64,000 nt of DNA from Bacteroidota bacterium (GTDB lineage Bacteria; Bacteroidota; Bacteroidia; Bacteroidales; JAGONC01), in the NCBI GenBank assembly GCA_026391695.1, contig JAPLDP010000077.1, positions 6,462 to 70,461 on the forward strand, written 5' to 3'. Under the pieces are notes generated by a model. That model was given only the letters and a program-made list of their open reading frames with translations, was not told where the DNA came from and did not search any database. Shown here piece after piece: positions 9,480 to 18,825 of this stretch (its first letter is position 1; every line of letters starts with the position of its first letter). Made by a program: the position numbers and the translations under genes.

Positions 9480-10757
9480 TCAGAAAAATATGTAAGCACC
9501 TAACAGTAACCTAAGATTCCCAACAATTTCCTCATTTTGGACTACTCCTTTTGAATCAGGCTTTCCATATGCTGCAGCAGTATATTCGACTTCCGCAGAA
9601 AACCTTAACTTACCGGGGCTAAAAAGTACTCGTGGAGCGATTCGATAAACATAATCAATATCGGAACCACGGCTGTAATAAATTTGTTCTAAGCTGCTTT
9701 GTGTAGGTTTAGTTCGTGCAATTCTTTCAATAACCTCCTTTGATCCAAGATTTCTTGAATACCCTCCGAAGATTCCAAACTGCCATTTTTCACCATTGGA
9801 ATGTATATCTGTCCAGAATGAAAGAACATCGATAGGAGAATAATTCCATGAGCCAGTCAACGTATCAGTGACACTGCGTACGGCATAACCTCCAAGCATG
9901 GTCATACTATAAAATTCCTGTCCATAGATGCCTTCGAATTTGAATGTCACCTTAGGTAACTTAATCTTTAAAAATGCCATACCGGCGAAATTATTGACTG
10001 TTTCATCGGCCTGGAAATTTTTATCAGTGACTAAACGAGGTGTCAGCTTCTTATAATTTCCTCCGACACCAAAGAGATATAGCAGACTTTTCGTATCGCC
10101 GCTATTTCCATATTGCAGGGTAAGGTTCAGTTCAGGAATAACAGAATTCCTCAGATAAACCGAGCTGGCACCATCAGGTCCGGTACTGACAAAATCGATC
10201 TGTGATATGGCCGCGGCACTCACTTTGAGGTTTCCAAAAGCTTGGGTCAGACGGATCTGTGGATTCCTCGAGAAAGGCTGAAAGGGAGCACCGGTATTGA
10301 ATGATTCCGTCAATGGGTAACAATCCGTGATGAACATAGGATGCCACCACTGTCCCAATATCAGTTCTGTTTTCGGCCATGTCAGTTTAACAAAGGCATG
10401 GCGTAAACGGAAAGTATTGATATTTAGATCACTGTTACCAAAAAATTCCGCTTCAAGATAACCTGATATTTTGGCTCCAAGAGCATCCGGTGCGGTAATG
10501 ACACCCTTCAGCCGTGTTTGTATGGCAAGAAAATGGAAACTCGCTTTGGCATTGATATCATTGCCATTCACATCAAATTGAGGACCCTTTGGGAAAAGTA
10601 AAAAGTGTCCCTGCCTTAATGCTACCGTCTGTCTTGAATCAAAAATGATGTCATTTTTTACATATCCGCCAAGCTTAATCCCGAAAGAGCTTTCTCCCTG
10701 AGCATATGAAAGCGCTGGTATGATTAAGAATAATAAAACCGAAAGAGAATTTCTCAT
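9480..10757 (-). CDS. putative outer-membrane porin (beta-barrel)
   Basis: Signal peptide MRNSLSVLLFLIIPALSYAQ, alternating beta-strand pattern throughout, and a C-terminal aromatic residue (..GAYIFF). The family is not assigned. Confidence 0.65.
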   Translation of the reverse strand: MRNSLSVLLFLIIPALSYAQGESSFGIKLGGYVKNDIIFDSRQTVALRQGHFLLFPKGPQFDVNGNDINAKASFHFLAIQTRLKGVITAPDALGAKISGYLEAEFFGNSDLNINTFRLRHAFVKLTWPKTELILGQWWHPMFITDCYPLTESFNTGAPFQPFSRNPQIRLTQAFGNLKVSAAAISQIDFVSTGPDGASSVYLRNSVIPELNLTLQYGNSGDTKSLLYLFGVGGNYKKLTPRLVTDKNFQADETVNNFAGMAFLKIKLPKVTFKFEGIYGQEFYSMTMLGGYAVRSVTDTLTGSWNYSPIDVLSFWTDIHSNGEKWQFGIFGGYSRNLGSKEVIERIARTKPTQSSLEQIYYSRGSDIDYVYRIAPRVLFSPGKLRFSAEVEYTAAAYGKPDSKGVVQNEEIVGNLRLLLGAYIFF

Positions 10758-10799
10758 TTTGTCGAATTATATTTTAACATTCCAGATCACTAAAACTAA

Positions 10800-10817
10800 T
10801 TGTTATTTTATTAACAA
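10800..10817. promoter_or_regulatory. Rex/Crp-Fnr-type palindromic operator candidate TTGTTATTTTATTAACAA upstream of the porin gene
   Basis: Inverted repeat 43-60 nt upstream of the porin ATG. The 19-mer TTGTTATTTTATTAACAAT is identical to the one at 23059-23077. Confidence 0.45.
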
Positions 10818-11033
10818 TAAAAGGTGTCGCCACCTAAATTGTTCTTTTAAAAAGTCAACTGCCGTTATTCTGGCATAATTTACCGAATTCTATGATTTAG
10901 AATGCGTTAAATAACTCTTTAAAAGTGGACAAAAATAAGACTTTATTCATAATTTCATAGAGTATCCTGAATAATTTTTTAACACAAAGGAAATTTAAAA
11001 TGAATCTACCTTTATTTTTTTGAAAAGGGAATA

Positions 11034-11051
11034 TTGTTAAAAAAATAACAA
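11034..11051. promoter_or_regulatory. Rex/Crp-Fnr-type palindromic operator candidate TTGTTAAAAAAATAACAA upstream of ackA
   Basis: Part of the perfect 7-6-7 palindrome ATTGTTA-AAAAAA-TAACAAT, 65-82 nt upstream of the ackA ATG. Confidence 0.45.
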
Positions 11052-11115
11052 TAAAAGATCAATTATTTGGAATATTTCTGGAAATTTGCCCCACATTATT
11101 AAAACGGTACTCCAT

Positions 11116-12315
11116 ATGAACATAATAGTTTTGAATTGCGGCAGTTCATCAATTAAGTCCCAGATGCTTATCATGCCAGAAGGAAGGGTGGGGGCAAAAA
11201 TACTGATCGATAAAGTGGGTTTGAAAGGGGGAAATATTAAATATTACGATTCTGAGGGGAAAGCTTTCCATTTTCAGCGTGAAATTTCCAATCATCAGAA
11301 AGGCATTGAGTGTATACTGGAAATGTTCACCAACAAGACGCATGGTTGTATCAGCGATTTGGCGGAGATACATGCAGTAGGCCACCGGGTAGTTCATGCA
11401 GGAGAAAAATACAGTGGGAGCGTCATACTGAATGAGGATGTCATCAAAGCCCTCGAAGAATGCATTGACTTGGCTCCCTTACACAATCCTCCGAATCTTG
11501 AAGGAATTTATGCCATGCAAAAGATAATGCCGGGCATCCCTCAGGTCGGAGTTTTTGATACTGCTTTTCATCAAACCATGAAAGCCTGGGCATATTTATA
11601 TGGTATTCCCTATAATCTTTATGAAAAATACAAAATCAGGCGGTATGGATTTCATGGGACAAGTCACCGGTATGTGGCAAGACGGGCTGCAAAGATTCTG
11701 GGAAAAGAGTTAGGATCTCTGAAAATGATCACCTGCCATCTTGGCAATGGTTCATCAATAGCCGCTGTAAAAAATGGTCAATCCATAGATACATCTATGG
11801 GCATGACGCCATTGGAGGGTCTGATTATGGGTACCCGTTGCGGCGACCTTGATATCGGAGCTCTGTTACACGTAGCTGAGAAGGAAAATCTTTCACTCAA
11901 GGGAATTCATAAACTGGTGAATAAGCAGAGTGGTATGCTTGGCATTTCCGGTGTATCTTCTGATATGAGAGATATTGAGACAGCCGCTGAAAACGGCCAT
12001 CAGAGAGCAAAAATAGCTTTGGAAATGTTCGCCTACCGTGTGAAAAAATATATCGGAGCCTATGCCGCAGCAATGGGTGGCCTTGATGCTATAGTTTTTA
12101 CCGGTGGCATTGGCGAAAATGATACAGCAACAAGGCAAAGGGTTATGGAAGATATGGAATTTTTCGGTATTTCATTTGACAGGGAGAAAAATCAAGCGGT
12201 TCGCTCTCAGGAAGCTTTTCTTACACAGCAGGATTCTAAGGTTCATGTGCTGGTTATTCCTACAAATGAAGAGCTGGTAATTGCTGAAGATACGTATGAA
12301 CTGGTTTTAAAATAA
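11116..12315 (+). CDS. ackA: acetate kinase
   Basis: MNIIVLNCGSSSIK start, plus HRVVHAG, GFHGTSH and the C-terminal IPTNEELVIA. I prefer the ATG at 11116 over the TTG at 11086 that opens the ORF. Confidence 0.96.
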   Translation: MNIIVLNCGSSSIKSQMLIMPEGRVGAKILIDKVGLKGGNIKYYDSEGKAFHFQREISNHQKGIECILEMFTNKTHGCISDLAEIHAVGHRVVHAGEKYSGSVILNEDVIKALEECIDLAPLHNPPNLEGIYAMQKIMPGIPQVGVFDTAFHQTMKAWAYLYGIPYNLYEKYKIRRYGFHGTSHRYVARRAAKILGKELGSLKMITCHLGNGSSIAAVKNGQSIDTSMGMTPLEGLIMGTRCGDLDIGALLHVAEKENLSLKGIHKLVNKQSGMLGISGVSSDMRDIETAAENGHQRAKIALEMFAYRVKKYIGAYAAAMGGLDAIVFTGGIGENDTATRQRVMEDMEFFGISFDREKNQAVRSQEAFLTQQDSKVHVLVIPTNEELVIAEDTYELVLK

Positions 12316-12325
12316 TTCATCCATT

Positions 12326-13066
12326 CTACATGTCATCCATCAGCTCATCGGTCATTTCAAGATTGTGGTAAATATTCTGGACATCATCATCATCTTCGAA
12401 AATATCGATCATTTTCAGGACTTTTCGGGCGGTTTCTTTATCAAGGTTCACAGACGTCATTGGAATCCTTTCCAGTTCAGCACTTTCGGGCGTCACATTC
12501 ATCTCTTCCAGCTTTTTCATCAAAGATCCAAAATCTTCCATGGCACAAGTGATGCTGAAGTACCCATCTTCAAGAACAATATCTTCTGCACCCGCATCAA
12601 TAATGGCCATTTCAAATTCTTCCTGGTTCAGGTCGGCAACCGGTACTTCAAATATGCCTTTTCTTTCAAAGATATGGCTTAATGATCCATTCGTGCCCAG
12701 GCGTCCGCCATTCTTATTAAATATTGCCCTGATGTTACTGATAGTCCTTTGCTGGTTATCGGTAGTGCATTCCACAAAAACGGCAACGCCATGAGGAGCG
12801 TATCCTTCGTAAGTCGTCTCAACCAGGCTCTCGGAACCCTTTTCGGAACCTTTATTAATGGCCCTCATGATATTATCTTTTGGCATGCTGGCACCTTTAG
12901 CGTTGGCTATGGCAAGCCGCAACTTAGGATTCCCCTCAGGGTCAGGTCCGCTTTCGCGGACGGCAATAGTAATATCTTTAATGATTTTTGAGAATATTTT
13001 TGAACGCTTAGCGTCGAGGGCTCCTTTTTTTCTTTTGATGGTAGCCCATTTACTATGACCTGACAT
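12326..13066 (-). CDS. yebC: YebC/PmpR family DNA-binding transcriptional regulator
   Basis: MSGHSKWATIKRKKGALDAKRSKIFSK... is the canonical YebC N-terminus. Length is 246 aa. Confidence 0.95.
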   Translation of the reverse strand: MSGHSKWATIKRKKGALDAKRSKIFSKIIKDITIAVRESGPDPEGNPKLRLAIANAKGASMPKDNIMRAINKGSEKGSESLVETTYEGYAPHGVAVFVECTTDNQQRTISNIRAIFNKNGGRLGTNGSLSHIFERKGIFEVPVADLNQEEFEMAIIDAGAEDIVLEDGYFSITCAMEDFGSLMKKLEEMNVTPESAELERIPMTSVNLDKETARKVLKMIDIFEDDDDVQNIYHNLEMTDELMDDM

Positions 13067-13178
13067 AGCTATGTAATTTATTTGTATTCAGTTATCTACA
13101 TGATCAAGGATAAAAAACGGATTGAAAAATGGGTTGTAAAATTAATATATTTTGAGCAATTATAAAATGGAATGCAAT

Positions 13179-13216
13179 AAAAAAAGACTTGCCAGATCCA
13201 CAGGACCTGACAAGCT
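13179..13216 (-). terminator. intrinsic terminator after the DUF2807/beta-barrel gene
   Basis: On the minus strand: GCTTGTCAG-loop-CTGGCAAGT followed by a run of 8 T, about 60 nt after the stop at 13274. Confidence 0.7.
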
Positions 13217-13273
13217 TCTCATCAGAAAAGAGAGTCTATGTGTCGCAGAGCATGGACTCTCCTTTTCAAAATA

Positions 13274-14860
13274 TCACCATCCGATAATCGTCAATCCAAG
13301 CGTAAAGGGATACAATTCAGGTCCTTTGCCTTGTTTAAATAGCGTATTCAATGCATATGTTCCGAACAGGTTTAGTTTACCCCAACCGATACCAGCATAG
13401 GCATCCCAGCGGAATGGCTGTATGCCATAGTCGTCATGTACTTTTCTTTTCTGTCTTCCATTATCTTCCCACACAGCTTTGGAACGGATATTAAATGCCC
13501 ATCCTCCGACAACGCCACCGGTAACATGAAAGCTATTGACTTTCGAAAACCTGTTGGTCTGGTATTCGAGTAACAACGGAACGGTCAGATATGTTAGTCT
13601 TAGTTTACTTTTTATATAATTCCTGTCAGGGTACGGGGGAATGAATTCATTACCCTTGCTGGCATGATAGCCATAAATGGGTTTGGAATCGGCTATGAGA
13701 ACGATGTCTTTTGAAAGGCAGTAAGTGGTCCATTGAATTCCGATACCTGTAATCAATCCGAAATGCGGTCGTGCCAGGGTGATATTCTGCTCATATATGT
13801 TAAGTTGATAGTTGAGTGATTTGGCGTAATTCAGATCAAGAAATTCATACTGATCCGGAACGCTGAATTTCATGTCCTTATCAAGATACCCATTAACTCC
13901 CATCTGGAATCCGCCCCAGTGTCCGTTGAATTTTTGCTTATGACTTTTTACAATTCCGACCTGTCCGTCATCCTTAACAACGATCCTGTCATTCCCAATG
14001 TCGACATTAACGGAATCGTCATTTACTACATTCACAATGATATTCCCGACCTTCACTTTTGTTGCCTTACCATGTTTGTCGGTTGTCACTGAAACAGGGC
14101 CATATACGTCTTGATCATATTCTTCTTCATTTTGTTCTGTTTCAGCTGTTTCTTCTACTTCGGCTGTTTCTTCTACTTCACTGATATTCCGGATGATCTG
14201 TGGTTCATTTACGTATGTGATATCGCCAGCCCCGCTGATTTCTGTAGTAACCTCATCGGTGACATTAATATCAGCGCTGGAGGCACCACTTACATTCGCG
14301 ACGGCAACTTTTGTCACCAGACTATCTGCCTGTAAATGCGATGCACCTGACAATTCAAATGTATGCTGGTTAACCTGGCCTGAGAGTTTCATGTCAGAAG
14401 CTCCCGAGAGTTCTGTGACAAGGTTATCGGCTGTCAGTGTGAGTGTCAGGTCAGAAGCGCCGCTGCCTTCCACCGACAGGTTTTCCAGTTGAAAGGGAGT
14501 CTGACCTTTAACGGTTGATGCACCCGAAACCTCCAAAGAAGTCAAATCCTTTAATGTGATATAAACGTTAAGCACTTTAAAATTTTTAATTCCCTTCGTG
14601 GAAATCTCCAGCTGACCATCACTGACTTCAGTGATCACATTTCCGAGATCTTCAGTTTTCGTTTCCACCTCTACAACCTGGGGCTCTCCCTGTGAAAGGT
14701 AAATGGTAAATGCTCCACCTACATTGATGGAGGTGAATTCCGGTAAATTTCGTATCTGCTTAATAATTTTTTTATCTCCTTCCTCCTGAGCCTGAACCGA
14801 AATACAGGTCAACAGCATTAAGGACATGAGTGTATAATTCAGCATTGTTTTCATTGTCAT
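13274..14860 (-). CDS. secreted DUF2807 (head GIN / putative adhesin beta-helix) domain fused to a C-terminal outer-membrane beta-barrel
   Basis: Signal peptide, then DUF2807-like repeats (GGAFTIYLSQGE..VEVE, repeated SGAS..L..), an acidic linker (VEETAEVEETAETEQNEEEY), and a roughly 230-aa beta-barrel-like C-terminus ending ...LTIIGW. Confidence 0.7.
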   Translation of the reverse strand: MTMKTMLNYTLMSLMLLTCISVQAQEEGDKKIIKQIRNLPEFTSINVGGAFTIYLSQGEPQVVEVETKTEDLGNVITEVSDGQLEISTKGIKNFKVLNVYITLKDLTSLEVSGASTVKGQTPFQLENLSVEGSGASDLTLTLTADNLVTELSGASDMKLSGQVNQHTFELSGASHLQADSLVTKVAVANVSGASSADINVTDEVTTEISGAGDITYVNEPQIIRNISEVEETAEVEETAETEQNEEEYDQDVYGPVSVTTDKHGKATKVKVGNIIVNVVNDDSVNVDIGNDRIVVKDDGQVGIVKSHKQKFNGHWGGFQMGVNGYLDKDMKFSVPDQYEFLDLNYAKSLNYQLNIYEQNITLARPHFGLITGIGIQWTTYCLSKDIVLIADSKPIYGYHASKGNEFIPPYPDRNYIKSKLRLTYLTVPLLLEYQTNRFSKVNSFHVTGGVVGGWAFNIRSKAVWEDNGRQKRKVHDDYGIQPFRWDAYAGIGWGKLNLFGTYALNTLFKQGKGPELYPFTLGLTIIGW

Positions 14861-15078
14861 TAATATTTAGTTAATAAATCATGTGATTGAAGAATCTTTG
14901 TTCCTATGACGGATTGTCATCCAGAATTGTTACAGGGAGTTTGTATAAAAAGAGTTCAAAATATAGTCGGAATGATAATAACTTGGGTGGATGGGGGTCT
15001 ACTTCTTTAGATGACAAAGTAACTTATTGCTGTATCCAAGAACCATTAACAGTACCTGGGGAAGATTAACCATCTCAG

Positions 15079-15211
15079 AACATACGAAGTAGAAGGCGAA
15101 GGATAAGTAGAAGGCGATATCAGAAAGGAAGTTAGAAATCTGAATTCATCTTTCCATTCGCATATCTCCCTCGCCTTTCAGTTCTACTTCTACTTCGAAT
15201 GTTCGTATGTT
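15079..15211. repeat. imperfect long palindrome of about 130 bp (potential extended hairpin)
   Basis: AACATACGAA (15079-15088) pairs with TTCGTATGTT (15202-15211). The arms share GTAGAAG / AAGGCGA blocks with bulges, and the centre is near 15145. Confidence 0.6.
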
Positions 15212-15259
15212 GGATATTCAATTCAGCTTTCTGTCCTGATTTCTCAGACCACCTCAGTT

Positions 15260-16405
15260 TTATTTGGTCCTGCTGATTTCAAAATTTTCATTTCCCACCT
15301 GGTACGACAGGATCTTGCCATTTTTATCTGTCACACGTTCAATCCTGAAATCGCTGTTGGTCAAGTGGTTTATTCCGATGACACCCAGATCGGCCAGCGC
15401 CCAGAAGGAGAAATCAGATGATTTTTTCTCATCCTTTGGCTCTTTTTTAAACAGTTTCCTGATTTTGGCATAACCATAGGCGAAGATCGAATTATAATCC
15501 TCAGGCTTATTGGTTTGGGCCAAATCCGTCATATAATCTTCCACAGCAAATAAATAAGGCGGTATCCGGGAGAGGTAATTCCTGGTATGAACAATATTTT
15601 CCTCCTGATTGTATTCTGAAGTATTTATAATCTGCAGTTCTGCAGTGGCATAATTACCTTTTAATTTAGTCAGGGGTGTCAGATCTCTGTTTTGAAAAGG
15701 TAATAATGCTGAATCCATTGTTGGGATTTGCCCTGAGATAACTGCTTTTATTGGCAGAGACTCAGGATTCATTTCGGGAATATATGCAGTAACATTTGAT
15801 TTTTGGTTCGTCGGCCTGTCCATATCTTTTCCTTGGTAAACAGCGGTATCTGATTTGGTGAAGCCCGCAAGGGTTCTGCTGTCATCGGCTTGTTTACGCA
15901 TAGGATTAAATAGTAAAAAGAGAATTAGCAAGGCAGCAGCGAGGGTTATGCTATAATAAATCAGCCTTCTGCCTGATATGAATAGCGCTCTTTTTTTCAG
16001 AGCCTGTTTGCCGGGGAAAATGATTCCATTATCAGGCTCAAGAACAGTTGCTTTGAGAAGGAGATATTCATTTTTCAGAAAAGGATTCTTATCTATAAAG
16101 CGAGTGACCAGCTCTTTATCTTCATTATTCAGATCGCCTTCGAGTTCGGCAATAAAATATTGGTCATAATTGGATGCATTGATGTATCTGACCGATGTGA
16201 TAATATTTTTTTTCAGATTGTGTTTTCCCGGAAAAGAGATGGTTTCATCAGAAACAAGACGAATATTTTCAAAGGCTTCAAATTCCTCTTTCAGGTCGGG
16301 ATTATGGTCCAGGAAAACAGCCAGTTCATCAACCTGCAAAGGGGACAATGCACCTTCACTGTAGTCGACAAAAAATATTTCATAATTATTCCTGGCTATT
16401 TTCAT
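15260..16405 (-). CDS. single-pass membrane protein, putative anti-sigma factor (by position only)
   Basis: 381 aa, separated by 9 nt from the upstream ECF sigma gene. It has two tandem modules of about 50 aa (..FLDHNPDLKEEFEAFE...SFPGKHNLKK / ..FIDKNPFLKNEYLLLK...IFPGKQALKK) and then one TM helix (IYYSITLAAALLILFLLF). Confidence 0.55.
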   Translation of the reverse strand: MKIARNNYEIFFVDYSEGALSPLQVDELAVFLDHNPDLKEEFEAFENIRLVSDETISFPGKHNLKKNIITSVRYINASNYDQYFIAELEGDLNNEDKELVTRFIDKNPFLKNEYLLLKATVLEPDNGIIFPGKQALKKRALFISGRRLIYYSITLAAALLILFLLFNPMRKQADDSRTLAGFTKSDTAVYQGKDMDRPTNQKSNVTAYIPEMNPESLPIKAVISGQIPTMDSALLPFQNRDLTPLTKLKGNYATAELQIINTSEYNQEENIVHTRNYLSRIPPYLFAVEDYMTDLAQTNKPEDYNSIFAYGYAKIRKLFKKEPKDEKKSSDFSFWALADLGVIGINHLTNSDFRIERVTDKNGKILSYQVGNENFEISRTK

Positions 16406-16414
16406 GGCACAACA

Positions 16415-16900
16415 TTATAGCACGTTTTCCATACGGACGATATAATCTTTAAGAAATATCCTTGCACGGTATATGTAAACCTTCACCTGTGATTCGTTCA
16501 GGTTCATGATATTTCCTATCTCCTGATATGAATATCCTTCATAGTCGCGGAGCAGAAGAACGGATTTTTGAACATGGGGCAATCTGGTCAGACCCTGCTC
16601 AAGGACTTCTTTCAGGTCGTTATATTCATTTTCCGTCGTTATCATTTGTTCATGATCTTCTTCTAATGCATTGATCCTCTTATCTTTCCTGAGTTGGTCG
16701 ATCATCGTGTGATAAGCTGTTGAAAAGAGATAGGGTTTGGCTTTTTCAAAAGCAATATCTGCGACTTTTTCCCACATCTTCGCAAAAGCCTCCTGGACAA
16801 TATCCCTGGCTTTATCTGTATCCTTGATATTTTTGAGGATAAAGCGGTAGACCTTGTCGGCAAATTCTTCTACACACGAATTGTATTCGTAGGTTGTCAT
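16415..16900 (-). CDS. RNA polymerase ECF-type sigma-70 factor
   Basis: 161 aa. Region 2 is DIVQEAFAKMWEK, and the region 4 helix-turn-helix is SYQEIGNIMNLNESQVKVYIYRAR. Confidence 0.9.
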   Translation of the reverse strand: MTTYEYNSCVEEFADKVYRFILKNIKDTDKARDIVQEAFAKMWEKVADIAFEKAKPYLFSTAYHTMIDQLRKDKRINALEEDHEQMITTENEYNDLKEVLEQGLTRLPHVQKSVLLLRDYEGYSYQEIGNIMNLNESQVKVYIYRARIFLKDYIVRMENVL

Positions 16901-16993
16901 CTGTCAGTATGGAAAATTCATTGTTGGTGCCTATAAGACGATATGAGAATGTAAAATGTTACAATACCGATGGCCATTTGTCCGACCATGAAG

Positions 16994-18781
16994 TTAATCC
17001 ATTTTAAGAACAGCCAGAAAAGCCTGTTGGGGCACCTGAACATTGCCTATTTGTCGCATGCGTTTTTTGCCTTTTTTTTGTTTCTCGAGCAGTTTGCGTT
17101 TGCGGGTGATATCGCCGCCATAACATTTCGCTGTGACGTCCTTTCTGACAGCCTTGACGGTTTCCCTGGCAATAATCTTGGCACCGATGGAAGCCTGTAT
17201 GGCAATATCGAATTGCTGACGTGGGATGAGTTCTTTCAGTTTACCTGTCATTTTCCGGCCAAAATCATAGGAGTTGGCCTTGTGAATCAGCGTTGACAAG
17301 GCATCGACTCTTTCGCCGTTTAACATGATATCCAGGCGGACCAGATCGGCAAGCTTATAGCTGGATTGGAAATAATCGAAAGAGGCATAGCCTTTTGAGA
17401 TACTTTTTAGTTTGTCGTAAAAGTCGAAGACGATTTCGCCGAGGGGCATTTCACATGTTATCTCCACGCGATCGCTGGTGAGGTAAATCTGGCTTTTGAG
17501 GGTGCCCCGCTTATCAATGCACAGATTCATAATCGGGCCGACATATTCTGATTTACTGATGATCTGAGCTGTGATATAGGGTTCTTCAATATAGTCAAGA
17601 TATTTCTGATCAGGCAGGCCCGATGGATTATGGACCTCTACCATTTCACCCCTGGTGGTGTATGCCTTGTAAGAAACATTTGGTACAGTGGTGATGACAT
17701 CCATGTCAAATTCCCTGTCGAGGCGTTCCTGGATGATCTCCATATGAAGCAGTCCAAGGAATCCGCACCTGAAACCAAAGCCAAGGGCAACAGAGGATTC
17801 CGGCTCGAAGAAAAGAGAGGCATCATTGAGCTGAAGCTTCTCAATAGAAGCCCGCAGTTCTTCATAGTCGTCAGCATTTATGGGATAAACACCGGCAAAG
17901 ACCATTGGCTTTACCTGTTTAAATCCCTCAATGCCTTTTTCACAAGGCCTGTCGTAATGCGTAATGGTATCGCCCACAGTGACCTCTTTGGATGTTTTAA
18001 TGCCTGAAATGATATAGCCGACTTCACCGGTTCCCAAAACCGGCCGTGGCAAGTAGGGTAGTTTCAATACACCGATTTCTTCAGCAAAATAATCCCAGTC
18101 GGTGGCCACGAATTTCACATGATCACCCTGCCGGATGACTCCGTTCATTATTCTGAAATAGGCGTATATACCCCGGTATGAATTAAAAACCGAATCAAAA
18201 ATAAGAGCCTGCAATGGTGCCTCCGGATCACCCTTGGGTGGCGGGATCTTCTTTATAATGGCCTCAAGGATCTCATATACGCCATAACCTGTCTTCGCGC
18301 TGGCTTCAAGGATTTCTTCCCGCTTACATCCCAACAGATCGACGATCTGGTCTTTGACCTCTTCGGGCTGGGCATTCTCCATGTCCATCTTGTTCAGTAC
18401 AGGTATGATTTCCAGGTCATGGTCGAGAGCCTGATACATATTGGAAATGGTCTGAGCCTGAATACCCTGGGTAGCATCAATGACCAGCAAGGCCCCCTCG
18501 CAGGCGGCGATGGATCGTGATACTTCATATGAAAAATCGACATGACCGGGCGTATCAATAAGATTCAGAATATAGTCTTGTCCTTCAAATTCATAATTCA
18601 TCTGGATGGCGTGACTCTTAATAGTGATACCCCTTTCCCTTTCCAGGTCCATATTATCCAGTACCTGTTCCTGCAAATCTTTACCGGTCACCGTATCGGT
18701 ATATTCGAGTAAACGGTCGGCAAGTGTGCTCTTACCGTGGTCAATATGGGCGATGATACAGAAATTTCGGATATTCTTCAT
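16994..18781 (-). CDS. lepA: translation elongation factor 4
   Basis: [37 protein letters not shown], and the LepA C-terminal domain ...[22 protein letters not shown] prefer the ATG at 18781 over the upstream TTG at 18790. Confidence 0.97.
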   Translation of the reverse strand: MKNIRNFCIIAHIDHGKSTLADRLLEYTDTVTGKDLQEQVLDNMDLERERGITIKSHAIQMNYEFEGQDYILNLIDTPGHVDFSYEVSRSIAACEGALLVIDATQGIQAQTISNMYQALDHDLEIIPVLNKMDMENAQPEEVKDQIVDLLGCKREEILEASAKTGYGVYEILEAIIKKIPPPKGDPEAPLQALIFDSVFNSYRGIYAYFRIMNGVIRQGDHVKFVATDWDYFAEEIGVLKLPYLPRPVLGTGEVGYIISGIKTSKEVTVGDTITHYDRPCEKGIEGFKQVKPMVFAGVYPINADDYEELRASIEKLQLNDASLFFEPESSVALGFGFRCGFLGLLHMEIIQERLDREFDMDVITTVPNVSYKAYTTRGEMVEVHNPSGLPDQKYLDYIEEPYITAQIISKSEYVGPIMNLCIDKRGTLKSQIYLTSDRVEITCEMPLGEIVFDFYDKLKSISKGYASFDYFQSSYKLADLVRLDIMLNGERVDALSTLIHKANSYDFGRKMTGKLKELIPRQQFDIAIQASIGAKIIARETVKAVRKDVTAKCYGGDITRKRKLLEKQKKGKKRMRQIGNVQVPQQAFLAVLKMD

Positions 18782-18795
18782 AACCTGCAAAGATA

Positions 18796-18813
18796 GGATT
18801 TTATATAAAATCC
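18796..18813. repeat. perfect 18-bp palindrome GGATTTTATATAAAATCC
   Basis: Seen directly. It lies between the stop of the 1377-aa gene (18826) and the lepA ATG (18781). Confidence 0.8.
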
Positions 18814-18825
18814 ATCATAATCTGT

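Noticed and set aside
13152-13400. 82-aa plus-strand ORF spanning the terminator and the 3' end of the DUF2807 gene
   Set aside because: It overlaps a clear intrinsic terminator and the beta-barrel coding end on the other strand. It opens with a TTG rather than an ATG and has no recognisable motif.
14887-15069. 60-aa ORF in the 400-bp intergenic region upstream of the DUF2807 gene
   Set aside because: It has a TTG start, no recognisable motif, no signal or structure pattern, and only borderline length. It is more likely promoter or leader DNA.
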